DNA of 64,000 bases, from NCBI GenBank assembly GCA_043757545.1, contig JAYVPG010000118.1:17286-81285 (forward strand). Reading direction: 5' to 3'. The notes below the pieces were generated by a model. The model was not told the DNA's origin. It did no database searches and saw nothing but the letters and a program-made list of their open reading frames with translations. Below are positions 46,769-56,436 of this stretch, piece after piece. This stretch comes from Pseudobdellovibrionaceae bacterium (lineage in GTDB: Bacteria > Bdellovibrionota > Bdellovibrionia > Bdellovibrionales > UBA1609). The translations under genes were made by a program, and so were the position numbers. Position 1 is the stretch's first letter. Every line of letters starts with the position of its first letter.

Positions 46769-48087
46769 AACCAGGGACAGATCTGGGCGCCTGGCTTTTG
46801 CGCCTGTTGAATTAAATCGAAAATATTGGTGGAGATATTCTGGATAGAAAATGTCGGATTGTTTTCGACCACAAACTCCTCGATGATCTGGCCATCTGCC
46901 GTCACGTCGGCTCCCCGAGCCGGCTGCATCGTTTGAAAGACAAAACCCGCCCAATGCGCTCCACATTGATCGCCTACACGAGCCGCAGCTTGAATACTGG
47001 CTAAAAGAGTAAAACTTTTTCCCGGCAGGATTTCCACCGTAAAAGTTTTCTCGTCTGAGCGGTAAAGCGTCGGAACGTCATAGGCCTCAAAATGGAGGTT
47101 CTGGCCCGCATAAACAAGAGTCGCTACGCTGATTTGCGCGGCGTAGATGGTCGTGGCTTGAGCCTCCGAACTGAAGCGCACATAGCGACTCTTCGCATAG
47201 GGATTAGTAATCTTCCACGCGCCAACGATAATGGGGCGCCCTCCTGCAAGGGCGGAGGTTTGATCTGTGGTGCTGCCTGAAGAAAAGGTCGTCCGTTCGA
47301 CGGTCAACGGTTGGTGCGGGAAAACCAGCTGAAACCAATCACTCACTACGACACGCGATTTGCCGGACTCAATCAGTGCGCGACATTGCTGAACTGGGTT
47401 TTCAATCAACGCGGCGGGCGAGTGACCTTGCCGGATGACGGCACCGTGAAAATCAAAACGATTGAGATCCAACACTTGGTCAAAAGAAAGCTCTTTGAAA
47501 ACAACGTCCTGACAAATCAATCGCGCAGCCGTGGGAATTGGGTTGTTAAATCGAATGCGCACGTCCTGCAGTCGATCTAAAGTTAAAATAAGGTGCGGAT
47601 CGACAGCCGGGTCGCGAACGACGCGCGCCGGATGTGGTTTAACCTCTTTAATAGAAACTTGCGAGAGGTTGAAGATGTGATTGGATCCTGCCTCATTGAA
47701 AAGATTGATTTCAAACTGACACGAAATTTTATTCTGCGAGAAATCCTCGCTCAAGATTTCTTCTGGTAAAACAGAAAAGGTCGAAATCGCTCGAGGTTGA
47801 GCCAGGTCGAAAACTTGTGAGTATTCAACGCCATTCATCGCGCAGCGGGTAGTAATTCCCGCACGCTGAGGGGCTGCGGCCGTGACGTCGATGACATCCT
47901 CAAGATCCAGACTCTTGATTTTGAGCGCGTCCCAATCTTTTTGGGAAAGATTGCCCAAGCCGGTACGCATCACGGGTGGGCTCGCCGTATAGACATCCTG
48001 TTTGCTTTTTTTCTCCGGCGCACAGGACACGAGTCCGGCGGACAGGACAAAGACCATTGAAAGTATCGTTAGAAACGGTTTAGACAT
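46765..48087 (-). CDS. Lipoprotein of unknown function
   Basis: Lipobox LVSC after a hydrophobic core; AGGAGG RBS. Confidence 0.75.
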   Translation of the reverse strand: MSKPFLTILSMVFVLSAGLVSCAPEKKSKQDVYTASPPVMRTGLGNLSQKDWDALKIKSLDLEDVIDVTAAAPQRAGITTRCAMNGVEYSQVFDLAQPRAISTFSVLPEEILSEDFSQNKISCQFEINLFNEAGSNHIFNLSQVSIKEVKPHPARVVRDPAVDPHLILTLDRLQDVRIRFNNPIPTAARLICQDVVFKELSFDQVLDLNRFDFHGAVIRQGHSPAALIENPVQQCRALIESGKSRVVVSDWFQLVFPHQPLTVERTTFSSGSTTDQTSALAGGRPIIVGAWKITNPYAKSRYVRFSSEAQATTIYAAQISVATLVYAGQNLHFEAYDVPTLYRSDEKTFTVEILPGKSFTLLASIQAAARVGDQCGAHWAGFVFQTMQPARGADVTADGQIIEEFVVENNPTFSIQNISTNIFDLIQQAQKPGAQICPWF

Positions 48088-48114
48088 AAATCCTCCTGGT
48101 TGCAGGAGTACTAA

Positions 48115-48130
48115 CGCAATATAGGTGCCG
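48115..48130 (-). promoter_or_regulatory. Sigma54 (-24/-12) promoter of the lipoprotein gene
   Basis: Minus strand CGGCAC-CTATA-TTGCG. Confidence 0.65.
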
Positions 48131-48139
48131 CTGGTTTTC

Positions 48140-48427
48140 CTACCAATAGCCGGCGTCGATGACGATATCGCCGAGAATTTGCGTTTGGCATGAGATGCGG
48201 TATTCGCGTGGGGTTTTCAATCGATCGCGCAGGATCTGCTCGAGCGCTGCGATTTGGGAAAGATTTTCACTGCCTTCGACTATATGAATACGACACTTGC
48301 CACAGATCCCGTCACCCAAACAAGAGCTGGCGACGGGCAGGCCCGCGGAGAGCAGCGCCTTCATAAGATTCGCGCCCTGCGCGACTTGAATCTCGGGATA
48401 TTTTTTTACAAATCGGATCACTGGCAT
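48140..48427 (-). CDS. [2Fe-2S] ferredoxin
   Basis: SSCLGDGICGKC...RISCQ. Confidence 0.88.
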   Translation of the reverse strand: MPVIRFVKKYPEIQVAQGANLMKALLSAGLPVASSCLGDGICGKCRIHIVEGSENLSQIAALEQILRDRLKTPREYRISCQTQILGDIVIDAGYW

Positions 48428-48474
48428 GTGCTTTGATATTGCGCCCATTGCCCAGGTTATGCAAATTGGACCCT

Positions 48475-49137
48475 ATGGATCGTGTGGTCATCTTAGGAGC
48501 CAGTCGCGGCCTTGGCGCGGAGCTCGTAAAATATATTTCGGCGCAGACGCGCTTTCTGGTTCTGGGGTTTGGGCGTAAGGAGCCTCAGCTCTCTGCGCTG
48601 AAAGATCACTTTCCGCTTTTTGAATATCAAATCGCAGATTTTTCGACGGCCAAGGGGCAAGACCAGGCCATTCGCTATTTGATCGAAGAGAATTACAGCA
48701 AAGTCATTTGCGTGGCGGGCGGCGGGCCCTATGGCTTGTTCCATGAGCGCGCGATGCGTGATCACGATTGGGGCTGGGAGGTCACCTTCCGCTTTCCCGC
48801 GCGCGTAATCCACGCCATGCTGGTGGCGAAGCGCAGTGAGCAGCTGATTTTGGTGGGAAGTTCGGTGGCTGAGTCCGAGCCCGATCCGCTGGCGGCGAGC
48901 TATTCGGCGGCTAAGCATGCGCTGAAGGGATTGTTCGCCTCGGTTCGCGTGGAAAATCCCGGTTGGGATCTTCGCCTGCTCTCGCCAGGCTACATGGACA
49001 CCGATTTGCTCCCGAAAAATGCGGCTGTGCGCAAAGGTGGAGTGTACGATCCTGCTCAAATCGCCTTAGAGCTCTGGACCTGGAGTTTGAGCACTGACAA
49101 TAGCGGTCATAGGCTGTACCCGAAGCACCCCACCTGA
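48475..49137 (+). CDS. Short-chain dehydrogenase/reductase
   Basis: ILGASRGLG, YSAAK, PGYMDT. Confidence 0.88.
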   Translation: MDRVVILGASRGLGAELVKYISAQTRFLVLGFGRKEPQLSALKDHFPLFEYQIADFSTAKGQDQAIRYLIEENYSKVICVAGGGPYGLFHERAMRDHDWGWEVTFRFPARVIHAMLVAKRSEQLILVGSSVAESEPDPLAASYSAAKHALKGLFASVRVENPGWDLRLLSPGYMDTDLLPKNAAVRKGGVYDPAQIALELWTWSLSTDNSGHRLYPKHPT

Positions 49138-49167
49138 TAGTCTCTGGTTCTTCCCTAAGGAGAACTT

Positions 49168-50100
49168 GTGAGCACCGTCGAAAACGTAATTATCATTGGC
49201 TCTGGCCCTGCCGGATTGACCGCTGCGATTTATGCGGCTCGTGCCAACCTCAAACCGCTGATTATCGAAGGCTTTGAGGCCGGCGGACAGCTGACCACAA
49301 CCACTGAAGTCGAAAACTATCCGGGATTTGCCCACGGCATTCAGGGGCCGGAGCTGATGGCAGTCACTCGCGCGCAAGCCGAAAGATTCGGCACTCGCTT
49401 CGTCACGAAAAATGTAACGAAGATCGATTTTAAAGTGCGTCCGTTTAAAATTTGGATCGATGAAGATCTCTATCAAGCCAACGCGGTGATCGTGACCACG
49501 GGCGCGACCGCGAAATATTTGGGACTTGAAAATGAGCGTCGCTTGCTCGGCCGCGGTGTTTCTGCATGTGCCACTTGTGATGGAGCATTCTTTAAAAATC
49601 AAAAGGTTGCAGTCATCGGCGGTGGGGACACGGCGATGGAAGAGGCAAATTTTCTTACGCGTTTTGCCGCGAAAGTTTTTTTGATTCATCGGCGCGAGGA
49701 ATTCCGTGCTTCGAAAATCATGTCGGAACGTGTGGCAAAGAATCCTAAGATTGAATTGGTTATGAATACCGAAATGCTCGACGTCCATGGTGACAAAGGC
49801 GTGACTGGAATCGAAATCAAGAACGTCAAGACGGGCGCACAGAGCAAAATGGATGTGGAGGGCGTATTTATCGCCATCGGCCACAAACCCAACACGGATT
49901 TGTTCAAGGGTGTTCTGGAAATGAACGACGTTGGATATTTAATTACCAAACCTAAATCCACCTACACTTCGATCGAAGGCGTGTTTGCTGCGGGCGACGT
50001 GCAAGACTCAGTGTATCGCCAAGCGGTCACTGCTGCCGGCACTGGATGTATGGCCGCAATCGATGCCGAGCGCTGGTTGGAACACCAGGGACACAAGTGA
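49168..50100 (+). CDS. trxB: Thioredoxin reductase
   Basis: IIGSGPAG, VENYPGF, SACATCDG, GGGDTAMEEA, AAGDVQD..RQAVTAAG. Confidence 0.96.
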   Translation: MSTVENVIIIGSGPAGLTAAIYAARANLKPLIIEGFEAGGQLTTTTEVENYPGFAHGIQGPELMAVTRAQAERFGTRFVTKNVTKIDFKVRPFKIWIDEDLYQANAVIVTTGATAKYLGLENERRLLGRGVSACATCDGAFFKNQKVAVIGGGDTAMEEANFLTRFAAKVFLIHRREEFRASKIMSERVAKNPKIELVMNTEMLDVHGDKGVTGIEIKNVKTGAQSKMDVEGVFIAIGHKPNTDLFKGVLEMNDVGYLITKPKSTYTSIEGVFAAGDVQDSVYRQAVTAAGTGCMAAIDAERWLEHQGHK

Positions 50101-50594
50101 GTCGCAAAATAAACACCAAGGATTTGGTGCATAAAATCGAGCGGCTCACCAAAGAGCGGATGTCCAAGGGTGATGTCGTCGATATGGATCCGTTGCGCAA
50201 ACTCAAAGAGAAAAAACTGCAACGCACGATTCTTTTGATCGAAGACGATGAAACTATTCGTGCCGCCTTAAAGCGTGTCTTTGAAAGCGAAGGCTATCGC
50301 GTTCTTGCGGCCGCCGATGGGACTCAGCTGTCGGATGTGCTCGACGATGCTCCGGTGGATTTAATTATGCTTGATGTCGGTTTGCCGTGGATCAATGGCT
50401 TTGAACTTGCGGAAATGATGAAGGCGCATAGTGATCTTCGCGAAATCCCGTTGGTCTTTCTCTCAGCCCGCACCAGCGACGCCGACGTTAAGCGAGGCTT
50501 CGAAGTCGGTGCCGACGACTACATTAAAAAACCATTTGATATCGAAAAAGTTAAGCGCACGGTAAACACATTGATTCACCTGGCTCATGACTAA
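50097..50594 (+). CDS. Response regulator (REC) with N-terminal extension
   Basis: LLIEDD, LDVGLPWING, LSA, GADDYIKKPF; GTG overlaps the trxB stop codon. Confidence 0.85.
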   Translation: MSRKINTKDLVHKIERLTKERMSKGDVVDMDPLRKLKEKKLQRTILLIEDDETIRAALKRVFESEGYRVLAAADGTQLSDVLDDAPVDLIMLDVGLPWINGFELAEMMKAHSDLREIPLVFLSARTSDADVKRGFEVGADDYIKKPFDIEKVKRTVNTLIHLAHD

Positions 50595-50711
50595 AGGATT
50601 TAAAGCCTATTGCGCGATTGCAGAGTTCTCACCGGATGACTAGATCAGCGAAAAGATACCTAAGTGCATTAACTTCGGAAGCCGCGTGCGCCCAAAGGCA
50701 TTGAGTTTTCC

Positions 50712-51824
50712 CTATAGGTAGTAGTGGAACAATAAGTAATTCTCTGATGAGTTGCCTTTTGCACTTTTCAAATTTTCGAAGACCACCATAAACTCTATGT
50801 GGGGACGTGGTAGCCAAATTAGCCCTCCGCCCGTCTTGGATTCATTGCGCGAACTGGTCACCCGGTCATTTTTGATCTGTCCTTGAATGATGGGCGTAAA
50901 GCCTTTGAATATTTCGTAGCCAAGGCGGGCAAATCCAACATCATGTAGAGAGTCGAGCTCGCTGATTCGTGTGAATTCTGTAAGACCGTAAAATTTTTCC
51001 GAAAAAGGTACTATGGCGTGAGCGGATAATAATTTTGTCCGGATGCCCTGTCCCTCTGAGGTCATTGCACTCAGGCCAAAGCGATTTTTTTCGCCGATAG
51101 TCTGATAAATGGAGCCTGTGTAGCCGGTGGCCTGCCGAGTAATGTCGGTTGCCGCAGTCGATTGAAAGCCAGATAGACTGACGGTGGTGGATTCGCCTTC
51201 GATAAGGACTTCTGCGGTGTCACGCTCGATCCATGGGCCGAAGCTAGTTTCCGAGCGAATCCAAAGTCCGTGATCGGGTAGGCGCAATCCGTAGGTCGGT
51301 TGAAAGCGACCAAGACGCAAGTGGACCTCTTCTTTAGGTGTCCAAAGGCCATAGTATTCTGGCGTATCGAGAACGACCTTTTGCGATTTTCGTGGATTTT
51401 CAATTCGACCAATCGCTGCGACAAATTTAAATTTTTCGAAAAGTAGAGCCGCGCGCAGTTGGGCTTGCATCAAAAATCCTTCATCTGTATTTCGGGTAGG
51501 AGTGCGCTGCCGTCGAGAAATGTAGCGACTGTCCCCGCCGATTGCGAAATTTTGAATGAATTTATCCGGAATTGAGATAATTCCGTGTAAGGGAAGTTCT
51601 TCGTCTTTGTAGCCCCATGTGCTCATGAGCTCTCTTGATAGGCTGCGACCGTAGTTATTCAAGAGTCCCCCTCCAGACGGGGAGACGTGACAAGTGGAAC
51701 AATTCACATAACCATGGCGTGCAGTGTCGGGGAAGGCATTCGCGACTGCACTCAAAAGTATAACTGCTAAAGTTGCGATAGACAGTCCGATTGTTGATAA
51801 CGCATGCATGACTAACTTCTTCAT
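50712..51824 (-). CDS. Putative outer-membrane beta-barrel with N-terminal CxxCH motif
   Basis: Signal peptide, YVNCSTCHVSPSGGG, amphipathic beta strands, aromatic C-terminus FHYYL. Confidence 0.7.
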   Translation of the reverse strand: MKKLVMHALSTIGLSIATLAVILLSAVANAFPDTARHGYVNCSTCHVSPSGGGLLNNYGRSLSRELMSTWGYKDEELPLHGIISIPDKFIQNFAIGGDSRYISRRQRTPTRNTDEGFLMQAQLRAALLFEKFKFVAAIGRIENPRKSQKVVLDTPEYYGLWTPKEEVHLRLGRFQPTYGLRLPDHGLWIRSETSFGPWIERDTAEVLIEGESTTVSLSGFQSTAATDITRQATGYTGSIYQTIGEKNRFGLSAMTSEGQGIRTKLLSAHAIVPFSEKFYGLTEFTRISELDSLHDVGFARLGYEIFKGFTPIIQGQIKNDRVTSSRNESKTGGGLIWLPRPHIEFMVVFENLKSAKGNSSENYLLFHYYL

Positions 51825-52373
51825 CTACTTGTCCAACTTTGCAATGACTTCAACGTCGACCATTTCGCTGACCACGACGCCCATATATTGAGGGACTGCA
51901 ATATTGTAATCTGAGACTTTCAGATCAAAGTTTGCGCTGACTTCTTTTTTGGCCGCTTGCCAATTGAACTTTCCAGAGATTTCTCTGCTCACGCCGTGTA
52001 GAGTTAAGGTCCCTGTGAAGTTGCGACTAAAGTCTTTCTTAAGCTCTTCTTGCATCACGGATAGTGTCTTCAAGACCAGCTTCGCGTCCGGAAACTTACC
52101 AACTTCTAAATACTTTTCTTTCATGTGCTCGTTGCGGAGGCTGATTCCCGTGTCCAAGCTTTTGAGGTCAAAAGTAAATTCGCCTGTTAGGCCAGAGTCT
52201 TGAATATTGACGCTACCGATGGGGGTCGAATTTTTGCTCTCGCCGCGAATTTTTAAAAACCCTGGTTTGCCGGTCGCAGTAAATTTTAGGGACCCACTCG
52301 AAGTCTTCATAGTCATTGCGTGAATGGAAAATGTCGAAAAAATCATCGTTAGTAAAAGCGCTAAATAGTTCAT
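51825..52373 (-). CDS. YceI-family periplasmic lipid/polyisoprenoid-binding protein
   Basis: Signal peptide, LDTGISLRNEHM, FPDA, GTLTLHGV, SDYNI. Confidence 0.9.
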   Translation of the reverse strand: MNYLALLLTMIFSTFSIHAMTMKTSSGSLKFTATGKPGFLKIRGESKNSTPIGSVNIQDSGLTGEFTFDLKSLDTGISLRNEHMKEKYLEVGKFPDAKLVLKTLSVMQEELKKDFSRNFTGTLTLHGVSREISGKFNWQAAKKEVSANFDLKVSDYNIAVPQYMGVVVSEMVDVEVIAKLDK

Positions 52374-52972
52374 TAGTTATGTCCTCTTTTGCTGTGTCCA
52401 TCGCAGTCACCGCCTTGATCATCGCGGAATATGGTTTGGGTTGTTTTGTTGAGATAGTAGTCTTGAGCTAAGTGAATATTATCGCCAGATTTCGAATTGT
52501 GCCCGCCATGATCGTCACCGTGCCCATCACACGGATTCGGCACAGGAGTAAGCCCGGAGCCGGGTGTGGGGCTTGGGGAGGTACCGGGAATTTGTGTTGG
52601 GCCCGGAGTTGTCGTCGCAAATTCAGGGCTTCCTGCCTGAAACCATGCATTCAACAATCCCTTTGCACTTGCGGGAAGAGTTCCATTTCTCGGCATAAAG
52701 CCACTATCGACGGCAGCCTTGATTCCGCTCGTTCGCCCCGACACACTCGCGAAAGTTTCCAAGTTCACTCCCGTCGAATTTCCTCCCGCCGCCGAATGGC
52801 ACCGGATGCAATACGGTTGGAAGACCTGCGCTTTAACGGTCGCAAAATCAACGACGTTTCCGCTGGCGCCATTGTTCGTGTTTCCGTCAGCCGCTTGATT
52901 TTCCTTGAGATGAGTTGAGCTATATCCACATCCAGAAATCGCGAAAACCAATAGAAGCAATCCCAATTTCAT
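52373..52972 (-). CDS. c-type cytochrome lipoprotein with His-rich tail
   Basis: Lipobox ISGC, CIRCH heme motif, distal MP, Pro/Thr linker, CDGH x2. Confidence 0.75.
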   Translation of the reverse strand: MKLGLLLLVFAISGCGYSSTHLKENQAADGNTNNGASGNVVDFATVKAQVFQPYCIRCHSAAGGNSTGVNLETFASVSGRTSGIKAAVDSGFMPRNGTLPASAKGLLNAWFQAGSPEFATTTPGPTQIPGTSPSPTPGSGLTPVPNPCDGHGDDHGGHNSKSGDNIHLAQDYYLNKTTQTIFRDDQGGDCDGHSKRGHN

Positions 52973-52974
52973 AT

Positions 52975-53490
52975 TTACCTAGTCTTTCTGCAAATAATAT
53001 TGAGTAGAGCGGCTGCGGTTTCATTGGGAATCAGTGTCACATCGATATAACTTTCGCCTTGGCGACTTAGTGACTTAACTGTTGCTTTGTCCTGAGTTGC
53101 CACATCGATGACTTGCAGGTCACCCGCACCACGATGAGTGGTGGTTTCAACAACTGAGGGAGCTGTGCCTTCTCCAGTCGTAAGCGTAATTTTCAGTAGC
53201 TCTTCTAAAGCTTTGGCGCGTACTGAGTCTCCGGTATGCCTATCGAACAGATTGATCTCAGCGACATCGTCGCCACGTGCCTTCACTAAAAGATCAAAGT
53301 CGGCCGTGTGAGCCTCGCCTTTAAGTTGGGTACTCATAAACTGTAGAACAATTGAACTAGAGGCCGTTTCCGTGCAAACGATGTTTCGGCCGTCTTCGCC
53401 GTTACCGGGTGTGTCGTTTTCACCGTTACGGGCGAAAGAAGTTTGGCAGAGCAGAGCACTTGCGATTGAGATGATAATTATTTTTTTCAT
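52975..53490 (-). CDS. Exported hypothetical protein
   Basis: Signal peptide ending SFA, AGGAG RBS, operon spacing. Confidence 0.75.
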   Translation of the reverse strand: MKKIIIISIASALLCQTSFARNGENDTPGNGEDGRNIVCTETASSSIVLQFMSTQLKGEAHTADFDLLVKARGDDVAEINLFDRHTGDSVRAKALEELLKITLTTGEGTAPSVVETTTHRGAGDLQVIDVATQDKATVKSLSRQGESYIDVTLIPNETAAALLNIICRKTR

Positions 53491-53517
53491 ATTGTTCTCC
53501 TTTAAATTGTTAATTTT

Positions 53518-53913
53518 TTATTCAACGAGAATTACGCCGGCCATGCCGTCGCCTTCTGCATCACCATGAGCTTCACAAAAATATCCGTAAAATCCGGGCT
53601 GTCGAAAAACTTGGGTAACGGGCGCCACTGCATGAGGCGAACTCGCTAGCGGATTAGCGACTCCATCAAGGTCGGGCATTGCTGAAAATGGATGGTGCGC
53701 AGTCGCTTGAATAGTGACTCGTGCGCCGACTTTTACTTTAAGGCACTTTGGAGTATAGCTTGTACCTGCAGTTTCGATCATATTGTCAGCGGCACCGTCG
53801 GTGAAACTGCCCGCGGTACAGCCTGCAATCGGACCTGTACTTTGTGCGGACGCTTGGCTTGTCGATATTAGTAAGCCCGCCCCTAGAGCGATCGACCAGA
53901 CTGATACTTTCAT
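53518..53913 (-). CDS. Cupredoxin (plastocyanin/azurin-like blue copper protein)
   Basis: Signal peptide, YTP..L.V.VG..V, HP, GYFCEAH....GMAGVI (His/Cys/His/Met ligands). Confidence 0.85.
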   Translation of the reverse strand: MKVSVWSIALGAGLLISTSQASAQSTGPIAGCTAGSFTDGAADNMIETAGTSYTPKCLKVKVGARVTIQATAHHPFSAMPDLDGVANPLASSPHAVAPVTQVFRQPGFYGYFCEAHGDAEGDGMAGVILVE

Positions 53914-54015
53914 TTTTTTTCTCCTTCTATCTAAGTTAAACACCCGCTTGTTGCTTGGTGTGAAACCAATATGCTTTGGAATTCAGGCAAGAACCAATAG
54001 TCTAATCTTGCTTTT

Positions 54016-54036
54016 TATGTTGTGATATGTTGTGAT
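54016..54036. promoter_or_regulatory. Tandem 10-bp direct repeat in the divergent promoter region (candidate operator)
   Basis: ATGTTGTGAT ATGTTGTGAT at 54017-54036. Confidence 0.5.
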
Positions 54037-54042
54037 TAAAAA

Positions 54043-55863
54043 ATGCGATCAAGCGCCCAAATAGAACAATTAAAGTCTTGTTTTTACTCAGGGAAATACG
54101 AAGAAGTCGTCGCTCTCTGTGGGCGTAAAGCGCTACACCGGGAGAATGAGGAAATTTCGGTGTTTCAAATTGCGTCACTCTCGTTTTTAGGTGATATCGA
54201 TGAAGCTACACAGCTCTTCACTCGAGCGGGGTTAGAACAGGCCTCACTCAGTTATCAAGTACGCTGTCGATTTTATTTAGGTGTGGGTGAGGTTCGTCGC
54301 TCTCAATATGTAAAAGCTACGTACCTATTTGCAGCCAATCTGAATATCGTTCGAACTTCTTCGGACCTTCGTGACGATACTAAAACGCGTTTCTATGCGC
54401 TTCAAGGAGCCGCATTTTTTCGCTTTTTCCGCGGACAGTTTTCAAGATGTCGCAAGCTAGTGCAGGCGGCATATTTAGCCGCATTTGAATTTGAGTTTGA
54501 GTACGGTCAGGCATTGGCTCTCGATTTATTGGGACACGCTCTATGTCAAGTCGGCGAAGTTCATCGTGGACTTTTTGAGATTGATCGAGCCCATAAAATT
54601 TGTTTGCAGATTGGCAACGGAGGATTTGCAACTGCACTGCAAATATCATTGATCTGTTATCGCGCACAGGTTGGAATTCAGTCAAAAACGACAATTAAAA
54701 CACTGCGTAGAGCGCTCACAAGTCTCGATGCACAAAACAGCTACTCGAAATCTGAAATCTATCTTGAACTCTCGCGACAGCTGGTTCTGCGGGGACGGGC
54801 CTCTGAAGCCCAAACTTTGTTGGATGAAGCGGGAGACACGATCTATAAAAATCGAAATAAACGCCAACTCACCGTCTACAATCATCGCTATGCACATCTG
54901 CTTCTGTTGCGGGGGCAGACTCATGCCGCGCTCACTTTAGCGCGCAGTTTAAAATCTAATTTGGATCCTAAAATCGACGCTGTTTATATGCGCCAGACTG
55001 AAGGTTTGGAGCGAATGATCTTGCAGGCAATCGACGGTAACCGCTTCGTCGGCGGTACATCTGAGCTTGGGGTACCCGTTAGCGCCATAGATAGACGAAT
55101 CCTGAAGCGGGGACGGTCATCTGTGATTAGTATCGCAAATACAAGCGAGGATCCTTTGGGTGACCTGATCGACGAGGTTGCGCAAGAAAAAGGCTCCGCC
55201 TTCGATAGAGTGAAGCGATCCGGATTTTTAGGTCTAATTCCGCTCTGCCTCGACTTGCCGATAGGTCAAGCCGCAATTCACTTGGGGCCTGGCCGTGGGG
55301 AACTTGTCATTGTCGCCGGCGGAAATGTGCGATGTGTAGACTCTGGAATAACCGCGCCAATGAAAAAGCTCATTGTTCTGTTGCAAGGAAATTTGATTAA
55401 AAGCAAAGAATTTCTAGTGGAGCAGACTTGGGGATATAGCTATCAACCAGACGTTCACGATCGGCTGTTACACGCAACGATTGGTAAGATTCGGCGATCA
55501 TTAGACTCATATGCCTCGTGGATCGAGTGGGCCAACAATGGCTATCGGTTGTCACCCGGCGTACTCGTCGTTAATCCCCATGAGGCATCGGCTGTGATAT
55601 CAGAAGACATAGACCATGTAATAGTTCCAGTTCCTGTAGACAATTGGCGGGTGAAGGTGGCAACCATAGATCTCAACCATCGTCAGATCGCTTCTCTCAA
55701 GGTGATGAGGCTCGGAACTGTATTAGGTGTATCGGACTACGCGCTTCGGTTCCGAATTTGTAAAATGACAGCTTGTCGAGACCTGAGCACTTTGCATAAA
55801 GCCGGGAAGGTGGTACGTATGGGTAGAGCTCGAGCGACCCGCTACGGGATATCCGCTGAATAA
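54043..55863 (+). CDS. TPR + OmpR-type winged helix + C-terminal DeoR-like HTH transcriptional regulator
   Basis: TPR-like helices; SKEFLVEQTWG..LHATIGKIRR..GYRL; MTACRDLSTL..G.ARAT.Y. Confidence 0.7.
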   Translation: MRSSAQIEQLKSCFYSGKYEEVVALCGRKALHRENEEISVFQIASLSFLGDIDEATQLFTRAGLEQASLSYQVRCRFYLGVGEVRRSQYVKATYLFAANLNIVRTSSDLRDDTKTRFYALQGAAFFRFFRGQFSRCRKLVQAAYLAAFEFEFEYGQALALDLLGHALCQVGEVHRGLFEIDRAHKICLQIGNGGFATALQISLICYRAQVGIQSKTTIKTLRRALTSLDAQNSYSKSEIYLELSRQLVLRGRASEAQTLLDEAGDTIYKNRNKRQLTVYNHRYAHLLLLRGQTHAALTLARSLKSNLDPKIDAVYMRQTEGLERMILQAIDGNRFVGGTSELGVPVSAIDRRILKRGRSSVISIANTSEDPLGDLIDEVAQEKGSAFDRVKRSGFLGLIPLCLDLPIGQAAIHLGPGRGELVIVAGGNVRCVDSGITAPMKKLIVLLQGNLIKSKEFLVEQTWGYSYQPDVHDRLLHATIGKIRRSLDSYASWIEWANNGYRLSPGVLVVNPHEASAVISEDIDHVIVPVPVDNWRVKVATIDLNHRQIASLKVMRLGTVLGVSDYALRFRICKMTACRDLSTLHKAGKVVRMGRARATRYGISAE

Positions 55864-55881
55864 TAGATGAGGTAGAGTCTA

Positions 55882-56436
55882 ATGAAATTTATTTATATGG
55901 CCATTCTTCTTATTTTTTCAACAACAGGTTTGATAGCGACTGCGAGAGGCGGTGGTGGAGCGGCATCGAGCGACCCACTCGCTGCGTATGTAGTGCCTGT
56001 GCCTGCGACATTGGCTAAATATGCTTTATTTACAAATGTTAGAGTCGATATTAAGGCTATGGGAACTGGGCAAACTAGTTTCAAGTATCGGATTCCAGTA
56101 GAACTGACCGGTGTCGAAAATAAAGTTGAGTTTTTTGGCACACCTGACTCGGCGGGAAAAATGGAGGCGACCGGTGAAAACGGAAGCGCCCTTTGTGATG
56201 GTGGCGCAAAGGTTGGCTCATGTGAACTCTTTTATAAAAACCTACAGTTTGATCACGATCTAAGGGATCAGATTCTAACCAGAATTTCCAGCGGAGATGC
56301 TGATCAACTAGCTGCACGTCAAGCCGTTGCGGATCAGTTTGAAAAATCGGTTCTGGAAAAATCTATGGGAGCAATGCAGCCCGCGATTCAGCGCGGTGGC
56401 GGGGAGCCCCACGGTGTTCTAGAAATTATTTACTAG
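55882..56436 (+). CDS. Exported hypothetical protein
   Basis: Signal peptide, GAGG RBS, one Cys pair, GGGEPHG C-terminal motif. Confidence 0.7.
   Translation: MKFIYMAILLIFSTTGLIATARGGGGAASSDPLAAYVVPVPATLAKYALFTNVRVDIKAMGTGQTSFKYRIPVELTGVENKVEFFGTPDSAGKMEATGENGSALCDGGAKVGSCELFYKNLQFDHDLRDQILTRISSGDADQLAARQAVADQFEKSVLEKSMGAMQPAIQRGGGEPHGVLEIIY

Noticed and set aside
49066-49884. 272-aa antisense ORF
   Set aside because: Antisense shadow of conserved trxB
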